In this document: one piece after another, positions 35,455-44,600 of the stretch
Position numbering within the stretch: the first letter of the stretch is position 1
Layout: every line of letters begins with the position of its first letter
Virus record (IMG/VR): IMGVR_UViG_3300045988_168611
Location: 1 to 64,000 of that record
Length of the DNA stretch: 64,000 nt
Strand: one strand, 5' to 3'
From: a virus
Notes under the pieces: model-generated
Database searches by the model: none
What the model was told of the DNA's origin: nothing
Seen by the model: only the letters and a program-made list of their open reading frames with translations
Translations under genes and position numbers: made by a program

Positions 35455-35513
35455 TAGGTTGGTGAATCAACCGAATCGAAACGACGTAAGAGAAAGGTAG
35501 AAAGGTGGTGCAT

Positions 35514-38500
35514 ATGGCTTTCGGACGAAAGAAATCCGGTGGAGCAGCGCCCCGTGAACACGGTAGCCAAGCGTGGAATCAACTCGGTAAGCAGGATGAG
35601 CTTGACTCACTGGCTTACCAGGATGTTCATGGTGACCAGCAGCTAGAACGTAGTGACATCGAGGCAAAGATCTCTCCGGTGTCGCGCGAAGTCGCATCGG
35701 CTGTTGCCGGTGTGCTCGTCTTCATCCTCGTGTGGGCATTGTTCTCGTTTGGCACGATGGGTGTGACCATGGGCCGTGACGCCCTGTGGCGTTCGTCTGT
35801 TCCGAGCTACGCAGTACAGAACAAGGCTCTGACGAAGGAGCTGGGCAAGCCTGTGTGGAGCGAAGGGTGTTTCTCCCCAGCTCTGGAAACAGGTGAGATC
35901 GATACGTCCGATGAGACGTGCTATGAGGATGCTGAGGATGTTCCTGAGCCACAGTGGCACGTGGATGCCGTCGCAGCAGAAAAGGCTGATCGAGATGCTG
36001 AGTTGGCTCAGCGTCCGAACAGTGCGATCGGTTGGATGCTGTCGTTCGATTGGCTGAAGTTCGTCATGTCGTCGATTGCTGGTCTTGTTGTGTGGGGCTT
36101 GCTGCGTATGCGTTTGCTGCGCAACCTCAAGGCGCAGAATCTCATGCGCGATACCACTGACATCAACCAATACAAAAATGACCAGCACGTAGCACTCCCC
36201 GAAGAAGTGCGTGAGCGTTTCGATGTGGTGCCTGATGTGGGTGCGCACACGGGCGTGAGTGCAACGACGCTGATCTCTCACTCGATGGTTTCGAACAAGG
36301 GCATCGAGAAGGTTGCGTTTGCACAGCGAGCTGAGAAGGACATTCTCGATGAGGATGGCGATGTGGCTCTGTTCGAGGGAGAAGCTCTCACGGACGACAA
36401 TGGCGATGTTGTGACCAAGATGGTTCCGATGTTTGACGAAGAGTTCGGCACAGCCCTGTGGAACGCATCAGGACTGCCGGATAACAAGCAACTGCGTCGC
36501 CGTCTCGATCCTCGTAACGTGCCGTACAACCCAGGCAATGCCAACCGAGATAAGCTCAAGGGTTTCAATACCCTGGCTGATCTGGTGAACGGTGAGTGGG
36601 AACTTCCAACGTATGAGCCACAGCGTCCGGCTGGCGTCTACTACGTGGATACAGCTCCTGCGAACACCATGATTCTGGCTATGACTCGTGCCGGTAAGGG
36701 TCAGACGTACATTGAGCCAATGCTCGATATTTGGATGCGTCAGAAGCGTCCAGACAACATGATCATCAATGATCCTAAGGGTGAGCTCTTGGTGAAGAAC
36801 TATGTCCGCGCTACCATGCGCGGATTCCAGGTTGTGCAGTTCAACCTCATCAATGCCATGAAGACTGACATCTACAACCCTCTCGGAATGGCGGCTGAGG
36901 CTGCTCGTGAGGGTGACCAAACCAAGTGTGCTCTGTATGTCGAGAACATCGCAGATGTCTTCTTCCCTGTGGACGGCGCAGAAGATCCCGTGTGGCCGAA
37001 CGCTGCGAACAACGCGTTCAAGCGTGCAGCATATGGTCTCATTGATTACTACCTGGAAGAAGAGCACCAGCTGCGTCAGTACGCGATGCGCCACGGTATG
37101 GATCAGAAGGTTCTGGAACAGAAGCTCGATGCCATGTGGGGCAAGGTGACGCTCTACAACTGCTACCAGCTGTTCGTGCAGCTCACGAGTAAGAAGCGTA
37201 AGTCTCCGATGACTCAGGTGAACGAGCGCATCAAGAGCGGCTACTACGATCAGCAGTCGTCCGATCCTGATGAAGTCGACGCTCTGATTGAGCACGACAA
37301 GATGCAGGCTGAGCGCATTGAGTTCCTGTGGGAAGGTAAGCCGGAGTCTGACCTGCTCACCCTGTTCTTCAACGCCACTGAGGCTTTGCCTCAGTCGACG
37401 ATGCGTACGTTGATCGCTAACGCGAACAACGCGCTGCGTGCAATGGCTGGAGCCGAGAAGATGCTCGCATCTGTGTACGGTATTGCTATTACGGCAATGT
37501 CATTCTTCACGGATCCGACGATCTCTACTTTGACCTCTGGTACGCCGTCGCAGAACACCGACCTTGGGGGTCTGTCGTTCCCTCGTCGTTTCGGTGTGCG
37601 TTTTGCTCAGAACTTCACCAAGCGTGATGGTCTTATTGGCGCTCAGGCGAAGTGGGATGCATTTGATGATCCTGAGTTGAAGCACAACCTCGGTAAGGAT
37701 TTCGAGCACGAGGATACTGTGGTTCGAGAAGGATGGGCCCGGTACTATTTCGACGGTAAGTTCCCACATGACGTTGCCTACCTGCGACTGCGTTTGTTCA
37801 ACACCCATACGGGTGTTCTCCTGAAGACGTTCTACTTCCAGTTCACGAAGGGCTACCAGCTCTCGCTGAATGGTCGTAAGTTCGTCAAGGATCCGATCAC
37901 GGGTCAGAAGATCGTCCGTAATGGTGTTCTTGTGGAGATGGTGAAGGGTGAGAACGGTGTTCTCGTTCCTGGTCATCTGCGTTATCCGGCAACCCGTCTG
38001 TTGGATAAGGCTGGCAGTCTCAAGACTGTGCGAGAGAATGTTCCTGCGATCATCTTGTCGTCGGTTCGTTACTCGGAGCAACCAAAGGCTGTGTTCCTCG
38101 TGACGCCGCCTCACTTAATGAAGTACGCGAAGCTCGTGCTGATTCTTGTGAAGCAGTTGGTGGATCTGAATTTCGACAAGTCGTATATGACGAAGGCAAA
38201 CCAGAAGCCGCTCTACAAGACTCGTTTCATGTTGGACGAGCTCGGCAACTTGCAGTCTGAGGGCCACGGTATCTCTGGTTTTGAGACCATGCTCTCCATT
38301 GGTCTGGGTCAGGAGCAGCAATTTACGCTGATTCTTCAGACGTTGCAGCAGGCCAGAGACGTGTATGGCGACAGTGTGGATAAGATCATCCAGGGTAACG
38401 TGGCGAACATTGTGTTCCTGAAGTCGACGGATGACACGATGATCGAAACTTTGGCCAAGATGTCTGGTACACGCCACCGCGCTGTGCGAGATTCGAAGAC

Positions 38501-39560
38501 GGTGACTCAGGATACTGAGCGTCTCATCGAAGGTTTGAACGTTGAGGGCAAGGTGTCGTACACGATCAGTGCGAAGGAGGAAAGTGTCATCGGGTACAAC
38601 GATTTGGCGTTCTTGCCGGAGCGTAACTCGATTATCTTCTCGGCAGGCATCTCGCCAATCTGGAACCGTAATGCGGAGATTCTTCCGATGTCGTGGCGCT
38701 TGTTCAGCAACACCATCAAACACCCAGGTCACGAGTATTCGCTACAAACTATTCCGACGCTCTCGTCGGCACTAGAGTTTGACGTGCGTCTCAACCAGCC
38801 TGACTTCATGAAGATGCTCGATAAGCGTATCGAGCAGGCTGCAAATGCAGCTGAGGCGATGGAGTTGTACCAGGAGGCATACGATCTGGATGATTATGGC
38901 ATCTCGATTCTGGATCCCGATGTGTACTCGGCTGAGGTTATGGACCTCATCGCCTCGATCGAGGAAGAGCGTAAGGGCCACGACATGGAGAACGAAGAGT
39001 ATGACATGGACAGTGACGAGGCTCTGCGTGCTCAGTTGGGCTCTGGTTACGACATGTTCAACGAGGATGACGAGATTAACGAAGATGTCCGAGAGGATCT
39101 TGCTGCTCGTCAGGAGATGTTGGCCGATCGAGCGAAGATGCGCTACGCGGAAGGTCAGATTAGCCGTGAGCATCTGATGAGTGAGAGTGGACAGGTGTTG
39201 CACCATCTCGATGGTGACATCATTGCTGCGTATCGTGAAGCGAAGCACCCAATGGCGTCTGATGCACGGTTCTTCAGAACCGATGCGAATGGTTCGCTGT
39301 GCTCGTTGGATGGACAGATGTACATCAGTCAGGGTGTGTCGAGTGATGAGCTGCGTACTCTCCAAGCTGCATCGTCCGATGAGACGAGCGGTGTGTATGC
39401 AGACGATGAGTCGATCTCTGAGATCGCGGATCTGGGCTCGTGGCGAGTTCATGATGCGTTCTATAGGTTCTTGCACGGCCTGGAGTCGTGGGAGGATCTC
39501 GGCGGAGGCGCTTTCGATCGCGCTATTGCGCGAGTGTTCGAACGTCGAGAGAACGAGTGA
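35514..39560 (+). CDS. type IV coupling protein (VirD4/TraG/TcpA family) with a long acidic C-terminal extension
   Basis: N-terminal TM helices. Walker A AMTRAGKGQT (36684-36707; cf. TRSGKG of the TraG/VirD4 family). Walker B region FMLDELGNL. Confidence 0.8.
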   Translation: MAFGRKKSGGAAPREHGSQAWNQLGKQDELDSLAYQDVHGDQQLERSDIEAKISPVSREVASAVAGVLVFILVWALFSFGTMGVTMGRDALWRSSVPSYAVQNKALTKELGKPVWSEGCFSPALETGEIDTSDETCYEDAEDVPEPQWHVDAVAAEKADRDAELAQRPNSAIGWMLSFDWLKFVMSSIAGLVVWGLLRMRLLRNLKAQNLMRDTTDINQYKNDQHVALPEEVRERFDVVPDVGAHTGVSATTLISHSMVSNKGIEKVAFAQRAEKDILDEDGDVALFEGEALTDDNGDVVTKMVPMFDEEFGTALWNASGLPDNKQLRRRLDPRNVPYNPGNANRDKLKGFNTLADLVNGEWELPTYEPQRPAGVYYVDTAPANTMILAMTRAGKGQTYIEPMLDIWMRQKRPDNMIINDPKGELLVKNYVRATMRGFQVVQFNLINAMKTDIYNPLGMAAEAAREGDQTKCALYVENIADVFFPVDGAEDPVWPNAANNAFKRAAYGLIDYYLEEEHQLRQYAMRHGMDQKVLEQKLDAMWGKVTLYNCYQLFVQLTSKKRKSPMTQVNERIKSGYYDQQSSDPDEVDALIEHDKMQAERIEFLWEGKPESDLLTLFFNATEALPQSTMRTLIANANNALRAMAGAEKMLASVYGIAITAMSFFTDPTISTLTSGTPSQNTDLGGLSFPRRFGVRFAQNFTKRDGLIGAQAKWDAFDDPELKHNLGKDFEHEDTVVREGWARYYFDGKFPHDVAYLRLRLFNTHTGVLLKTFYFQFTKGYQLSLNGRKFVKDPITGQKIVRNGVLVEMVKGENGVLVPGHLRYPATRLLDKAGSLKTVRENVPAIILSSVRYSEQPKAVFLVTPPHLMKYAKLVLILVKQLVDLNFDKSYMTKANQKPLYKTRFMLDELGNLQSEGHGISGFETMLSIGLGQEQQFTLILQTLQQARDVYGDSVDKIIQGNVANIVFLKSTDDTMIETLAKMSGTRHRAVRDSKTVTQDTERLIEGLNVEGKVSYTISAKEESVIGYNDLAFLPERNSIIFSAGISPIWNRNAEILPMSWRLFSNTIKHPGHEYSLQTIPTLSSALEFDVRLNQPDFMKMLDKRIEQAANAAEAMELYQEAYDLDDYGISILDPDVYSAEVMDLIASIEEERKGHDMENEEYDMDSDEALRAQLGSGYDMFNEDDEINEDVREDLAARQEMLADRAKMRYAEGQISREHLMSESGQVLHHLDGDIIAAYREAKHPMASDARFFRTDANGSLCSLDGQMYISQGVSSDELRTLQAASSDETSGVYADDESISEIADLGSWRVHDAFYRFLHGLESWEDLGGGAFDRAIARVFERRENE

Positions 39561-39584
39561 TTCTCGTGGTGTGAGAGATGCATG

Positions 39585-39623
39585 AGAACCGGGTGGTAGT
39601 CCAATAGACTGCCACCCGGTTCT
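39585..39623. terminator. bidirectional terminator AGAACCGGGTGG/CCACCCGGTTCT
   Basis: Perfect 12-bp stem between convergent genes. Confidence 0.7.
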
Positions 39624-39643
39624 TTGTTGTGTGCTATGCAGAT

Positions 39644-41428
39644 TCAGCGTTCGACGTTCTTGATCCACCGGGTCTTACCCGCGTCATAGATCCTGTAGAG
39701 CTTGTTGGCTAGTGCCGCTTGGTGCTCAGTTTGACCAGGTTTATAGACGAGATCAGGATTGTCGATGAAGCTCTGCTTGGTGTACGTGGAGCGGTGAACA
39801 CGTCGCCATCTCGTGTGGCGTCCGACGTAGCTGTAGCTCGGAGCTTGCTGTTTATCCACAACGAAGCCTGCTGCTTGGTACATCCCGCCGTCAGAGATGT
39901 CGTTATCGCTCCACGATGTCCACGTGTCGACAGGCACAAGCGTCTCAGCGTGAGCAAGGAGCTTGGTGAAACCACCGACGATGACACCCAGTGTTGCGTA
40001 ACGCTGGATGTCCCATGTTCCCGCTGGCAACGAAACGCGCGAACCGTGGTTTTTGCGACCGATGCCAAGCAGAGCACGCAAAACATCGTTCGAGTCATAG
40101 AGGCCAACGTTGACGGTGCAATGAACCGACCCCTGGAGGTGATTGTCCTGCCAGAAACGTCGGGCAATGCCGCCATGGACGAGTTTCACCGTCAGGTTGC
40201 GTGCGTAGAGACGCTCACAGGCCAGCGGGTTGATGTCCGGTAGGACATCGGGCAGACGGTCAACAGCGTGCAGCCTGTGGGCGAGAGCTCGTAGAACGAG
40301 ATCGCGTCGGTGCAGCCAGTCGTCTTCCCATACGTGGACGAGCTGGTACCCTTGCAAGCTCGCCTCGCGTGTTTTGCTCGCGTGGTAGCCGTGAGGCAGA
40401 GTGCGCGAGTGCGCTTCAACGGTTGCGGCCTCGGAGTGCCAGAACACGCCGTTGAACTCGATAGCCAGGTGTTGGTTAGGAATGACAATATCCAGTTCTT
40501 TACCCGAGGGGAGAACTGTATGGTCGTCACCGAGGACCGTGCTGTCGGGGACAAGCGCCTGGATCATCTCGGTCAGGAGTGTTTGCGATGGGTTGGCGTG
40601 GAGCCTGTAACACATTGGGCAACCCGAGGGTTTCACACGGTTACTTGGAGCAGCAAGCCATGTGTGTTCCGGGTTGACCTGGCATTGCCATAGCACAGGT
40701 TCGCCTCCACCCTTGCTCACTACAGTCGTCAAAGACTGATCAACGAGCTGCGAGGCCAAAGCAGGATGTGTGGTCGCTAGGTCATTAACACCAGGAACGA
40801 TCTTTCTCCCGGAGCAGTACGGGCAACCGGTCTTTTTAGTCGTACGGCTGTATGGCGTTGCTTCCCATGTATGATCAGGGTTTTTGGGGCACTGCCAGAG
40901 CACGGATGTGTTTGATCCTGGCTTGAGAGTGGTAGCAAGAGACCGGTCGACGAGCTCAGCAGCCAACTTGGGATGTGTAGTTGCCAAGTCGCTTTGACCA
41001 GAGACGGCACGGCGACCTGAACACTGAGGGCAGCGCGTTCCTTGGCGTGCGACGTTGCTGAGCGGAGCAGTCCAGTGATCGTGCATAGGGTTACCGCACC
41101 AGAACTCAACTTTCTTGTTGGAAGAGCCGGTGAGCTTTGTTTGTAGGCTCGTATCGACCATGAGAGCAGCCGCTTCGGGGTGAGTGGTGGCAACGTCGTT
41201 GACACCGGGGATCACAGTCTTGCCGTTACATACGCTGCATCCGGTGGGGTTCTTCGCGTTCGTGCGGTTCATGGGGCTGGCCCACCACACGTGACGAGAG
41301 TCAACGGGGCAGCGCCATTGAACCTTCTTGTTTGAACCGCGAGCGATGGATCGTAGGGATTGATCCACAAGCTGGTCAGCAAGGGCGGGATTGAACTGCT
41401 CAAGGGTCTGGGAGGGTTTTCTCGGCAT
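39644..41428 (-). CDS. protein with four tandem Zn-ribbon repeats plus a PD-(D/E)xK-like endonuclease-fold core
   Basis: Repeats of W-x-C-x(n)-H-x-W...C-P-x-C-x-G...PG-x-ND-L-A-T-T-H-P. Core ELDIVIPNQHLAIEFNGVFWHSE...VWEDDW is paralogous to the core in CDS 7518..9677. Confidence 0.6.
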   Translation of the reverse strand: MPRKPSQTLEQFNPALADQLVDQSLRSIARGSNKKVQWRCPVDSRHVWWASPMNRTNAKNPTGCSVCNGKTVIPGVNDVATTHPEAAALMVDTSLQTKLTGSSNKKVEFWCGNPMHDHWTAPLSNVARQGTRCPQCSGRRAVSGQSDLATTHPKLAAELVDRSLATTLKPGSNTSVLWQCPKNPDHTWEATPYSRTTKKTGCPYCSGRKIVPGVNDLATTHPALASQLVDQSLTTVVSKGGGEPVLWQCQVNPEHTWLAAPSNRVKPSGCPMCYRLHANPSQTLLTEMIQALVPDSTVLGDDHTVLPSGKELDIVIPNQHLAIEFNGVFWHSEAATVEAHSRTLPHGYHASKTREASLQGYQLVHVWEDDWLHRRDLVLRALAHRLHAVDRLPDVLPDINPLACERLYARNLTVKLVHGGIARRFWQDNHLQGSVHCTVNVGLYDSNDVLRALLGIGRKNHGSRVSLPAGTWDIQRYATLGVIVGGFTKLLAHAETLVPVDTWTSWSDNDISDGGMYQAAGFVVDKQQAPSYSYVGRHTRWRRVHRSTYTKQSFIDNPDLVYKPGQTEHQAALANKLYRIYDAGKTRWIKNVER

Positions 41429-41543
41429 GGTGACGGTCCTTTCTTTGGTCCGTGTTGTTTACATTATTCAGTGTATCACGTGTGGTCTACTGTGCGTGTA
41501 CGTTTTTCTTGTGTTTCCAGTCGAAATAGGGGTTTTTCTCGGG

Positions 41544-41584
41544 TAGAATGGAGGGCGTAATACCCGATCGATCCAGTGGATCGA
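41544..41584 (+). promoter_or_regulatory. -10 TAGAAT (41544-41549) plus the leader hairpin TCGATCC-AGT-GGATCGA (41568-41584)
   Basis: Read directly. The ORF-track ATG at 41548 lies inside the -10 hexamer. Confidence 0.4.
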
Positions 41585-41607
41585 AACTCCAGGAAGGAGA
41601 ATGCGTT

Positions 41608-44600
41608 ATGCAAACGCGCAATGCCGGACTCCGGCGTTACATGTACGAGCACATGATCGCTCGTACGATCAATCGAACCTCAGAATTGACCAAGACTCCC
41701 ATTCTTGTGTCGCAAGGTCGACGCCTGAGGGATCTCATGGAAGAGCGTCTCAACGAACAAGGCCGTTCTTTCAACGATGGTGATCTCCCTGTTGCTGATG
41801 CGTTGAACGCTATTCAAAGCGTCATGCAGGAGAACGTTCCCGGTTACAAAGACTTGTTCCAACCTGCCGATACGTCGAGCAAGGGTTACAAGGCCCTGTA
41901 TGAAGAGTTCAGGAACATGGTCGGTCTGAATGGCTCTGCTGGAGCTGCTGGTCCTCGTCTGCCGATCTCTCCGTATGATCCTCGGTGGGGGAGCCGTCGC
42001 ACTGTGAAGCAGGCGGGAACGTCTATCCTGTACGTTCTTGATGGTGACATCGCTGCGTATGCAGACGGTAAGCCGAGCAATGTTGAGAAGGTGACGACCT
42101 CGGAGCTCACTCTGTACCGCCTGACTGACGAAGGGAAGGCCAAAGAAGCAGGCCGCGCGTTGAGCCTTGATGATGTCTCGGGTCTCACCGAGCTCATGGG
42201 TCGTATGTCGACGGCTGAGTACAACGAGGTTCGTCAGTGGGTGCTGGACGGTGCTCGCAACCCTGAAACGGGGCGTTACAACGCCCGTCAGTTCATGAGC
42301 ACTGAGGCATTGGCTCGTTCCCGAGCTGTGCTCGATATGCTGGCGGAAGAGGGAATTCCGTACACGATCGAGAAGGATCTGCGTCCTGGCCAGATTCGTG
42401 CGCGTTTGACGGGCACGAATATGACAGTGCGCCTGACTGATACTCGCGACAAGGAGCAGTGGGTGGGCCGTGTTTACGACAACGGTGCGACTTTGTACTT
42501 CTCCACGACGGCTCGTCGAGACAACAAGCAGGTGGCGTATGTGCCAACTGTTGACGAGGTGTGCGACCTCGTGCGCGTTGCGTTGGGTCGACCGGTGGAG
42601 CGTAAGGACGGCAAGGGCCTCGTGGGCCGAGTGGGCGAGCGTCAGACCAGCAAGGGTAAGACGGTTCAGGAGTCGTATCTCTCCACTGGAACACTGACGA
42701 GTGCGTACAAAGACATGCCCGGTATGAACAGTGAGCAGATCGTGATTCGTCGTCAGATGAAGGAGCGTTCTGCGTCGTCCCGGTTCTTTGCTGATACACC
42801 AGAGGGCCGTGAGCAAGCGTCGGCATTCATCTCTGATGCAGTTCACAGCGCTCGCCACAACGTGGCTGAGCAGCTGGATGTCGATGGTCTGATCCAGCAG
42901 TTCCGCGATCACGAGGATGCTGCCCGTGAGGGCGCGTACATCCCTATGTTGTCTGGTGATCCTGATCTGGCGGCAGTTGGCCGTGCGTACTGGGATGTGC
43001 TTCGTGGTGCTGAGACGACGCTACTGAAGCCCGAGGCTACTCGTGCTGAATACGCTGAAGCGACGGGTCTGCTTGACGACATGGATCAAGAGAGCGATCT
43101 GTCGGGTGTTCACGACATGTTGGTTGGTTCCGTGGCGTACACGGGTACCCCGGAAGAGCGCGTTCGCGCTCATCTTCGGGATCTTCTCGATACCCAGATC
43201 GGTATCGATGAGCCTATCGACTCTGATGACTTCGTGTTCGATCCGGTGCGCGTTGCTCGTTACATGGCGAGTGAGCACGGCCAGTGGCGCAATAATGATG
43301 ATCTCGTGGCAGCTATGCGCAGTGCAGGTGTGCCCCAGGAGAAGATCGTCGGGGAGTCGTTCTACTCCAACACGTTCCGCGATCGACTGATCACTTTCGA
43401 TGAGTCCACGGCGTTGCCGATGGATGTCGTGGAGGATACCTTTACTCAGTCGATGCTCCAGGTCGTGTCGGATACGCTGGAGTCCTGCGCTGTGACGCCC
43501 GGTTCTATCCGCGTCGACGCCAACGGTGTTGTGGAGTGGACTGGCTCGATCATGCGCTCGCAGACAGGTAAGGAAGAGCCCGTGAGCGGTACGATCGGAC
43601 AGATCTTTGCTCGCGGCGAGAACGGTGAGATCATCACCCGGTTCAATTCCGGTAACGATCTGATGATCGTGCCTGGTTTTGATGCCCGTGTGGTGGCACA
43701 GAAGCCTGGGGAGAACAAGTCCCTCGAAGAGCGCACCCGGCTGATCGGTTACGAACAGCAGATGAGTGACGCGATTCGATACCGAGTTCAGGCTGATGTG
43801 CTCTCAGGTCGTTCCCGTGTGGGCGAGCCTGCCTCGCTGAACAGCGTGTACCGTCGTTTGTCGGATACGCGCCATCGCGCGGATCACTACGAGCGCGCTC
43901 TCGAAGAAGGCATGGATCGGAAGATCCTTGATGCCATTCTTGCTACCGAAGCGCGTCGTGTGCGTTACCCGAACGCTTTGCGTGATGGGTCGACGATCGA
44001 CGCTGACTTCCGTGCATCTCGTGCTCGGGAACAGGGTATTGGTGGCGATCCGGCCAACGACACGACCATGGATCCGTGGGTGTTGACCGGCGGTCGCAAT
44101 ATGTCGTTGCTCAGCGAAGAAGCCGATGGCTACTTCGATCCGATCATGACATCGGGCGGTGTGAACCAGGGTGTCACCCGTTACCTCGTGTCCGGTGCGC
44201 AGGTGAACCCTGATGGTTCGATCGTGCGTTCTGATAAGAACGATCGTGCGCCGCTGATGTTGACTGAGCAGGCTCAGCTGATGAGCTACGACCCGTTCGA
44301 TCGTCAGCAGATGACGACCTCCAATCTCATGAACGCATCGTCTGTGACGAAGCCTGTGGGTACGGCGTTCATGACTGCCGGTGGTTGGACGATGGAGGAC
44401 TCCATCGTTGTGTCTGCTGACTTCGCTCGTCAATACCGTGTTCGTGGCACTGATGGTCAGATGCGTGATCTGATCGTTGGCGACAAGATCTCTGACATGC
44501 ACGGCAACAAGGGTGTTATCTCGCTCATTGTTGACCGTGACGCGGATCTGTCTCCTGATGAGATCGAAGAGCTTCATGGGTCGACCGATATGATGACGCT

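Noticed and set aside
41464-41471. Single TTATTCAG upstream of the RNAP gene, as a possible fifth copy of the TTTATTCA box
   Set aside because: It is an isolated 7-8-mer, 137 nt from the start and not next to an SD. A chance occurrence in 128 kb of two-strand sequence is plausible.
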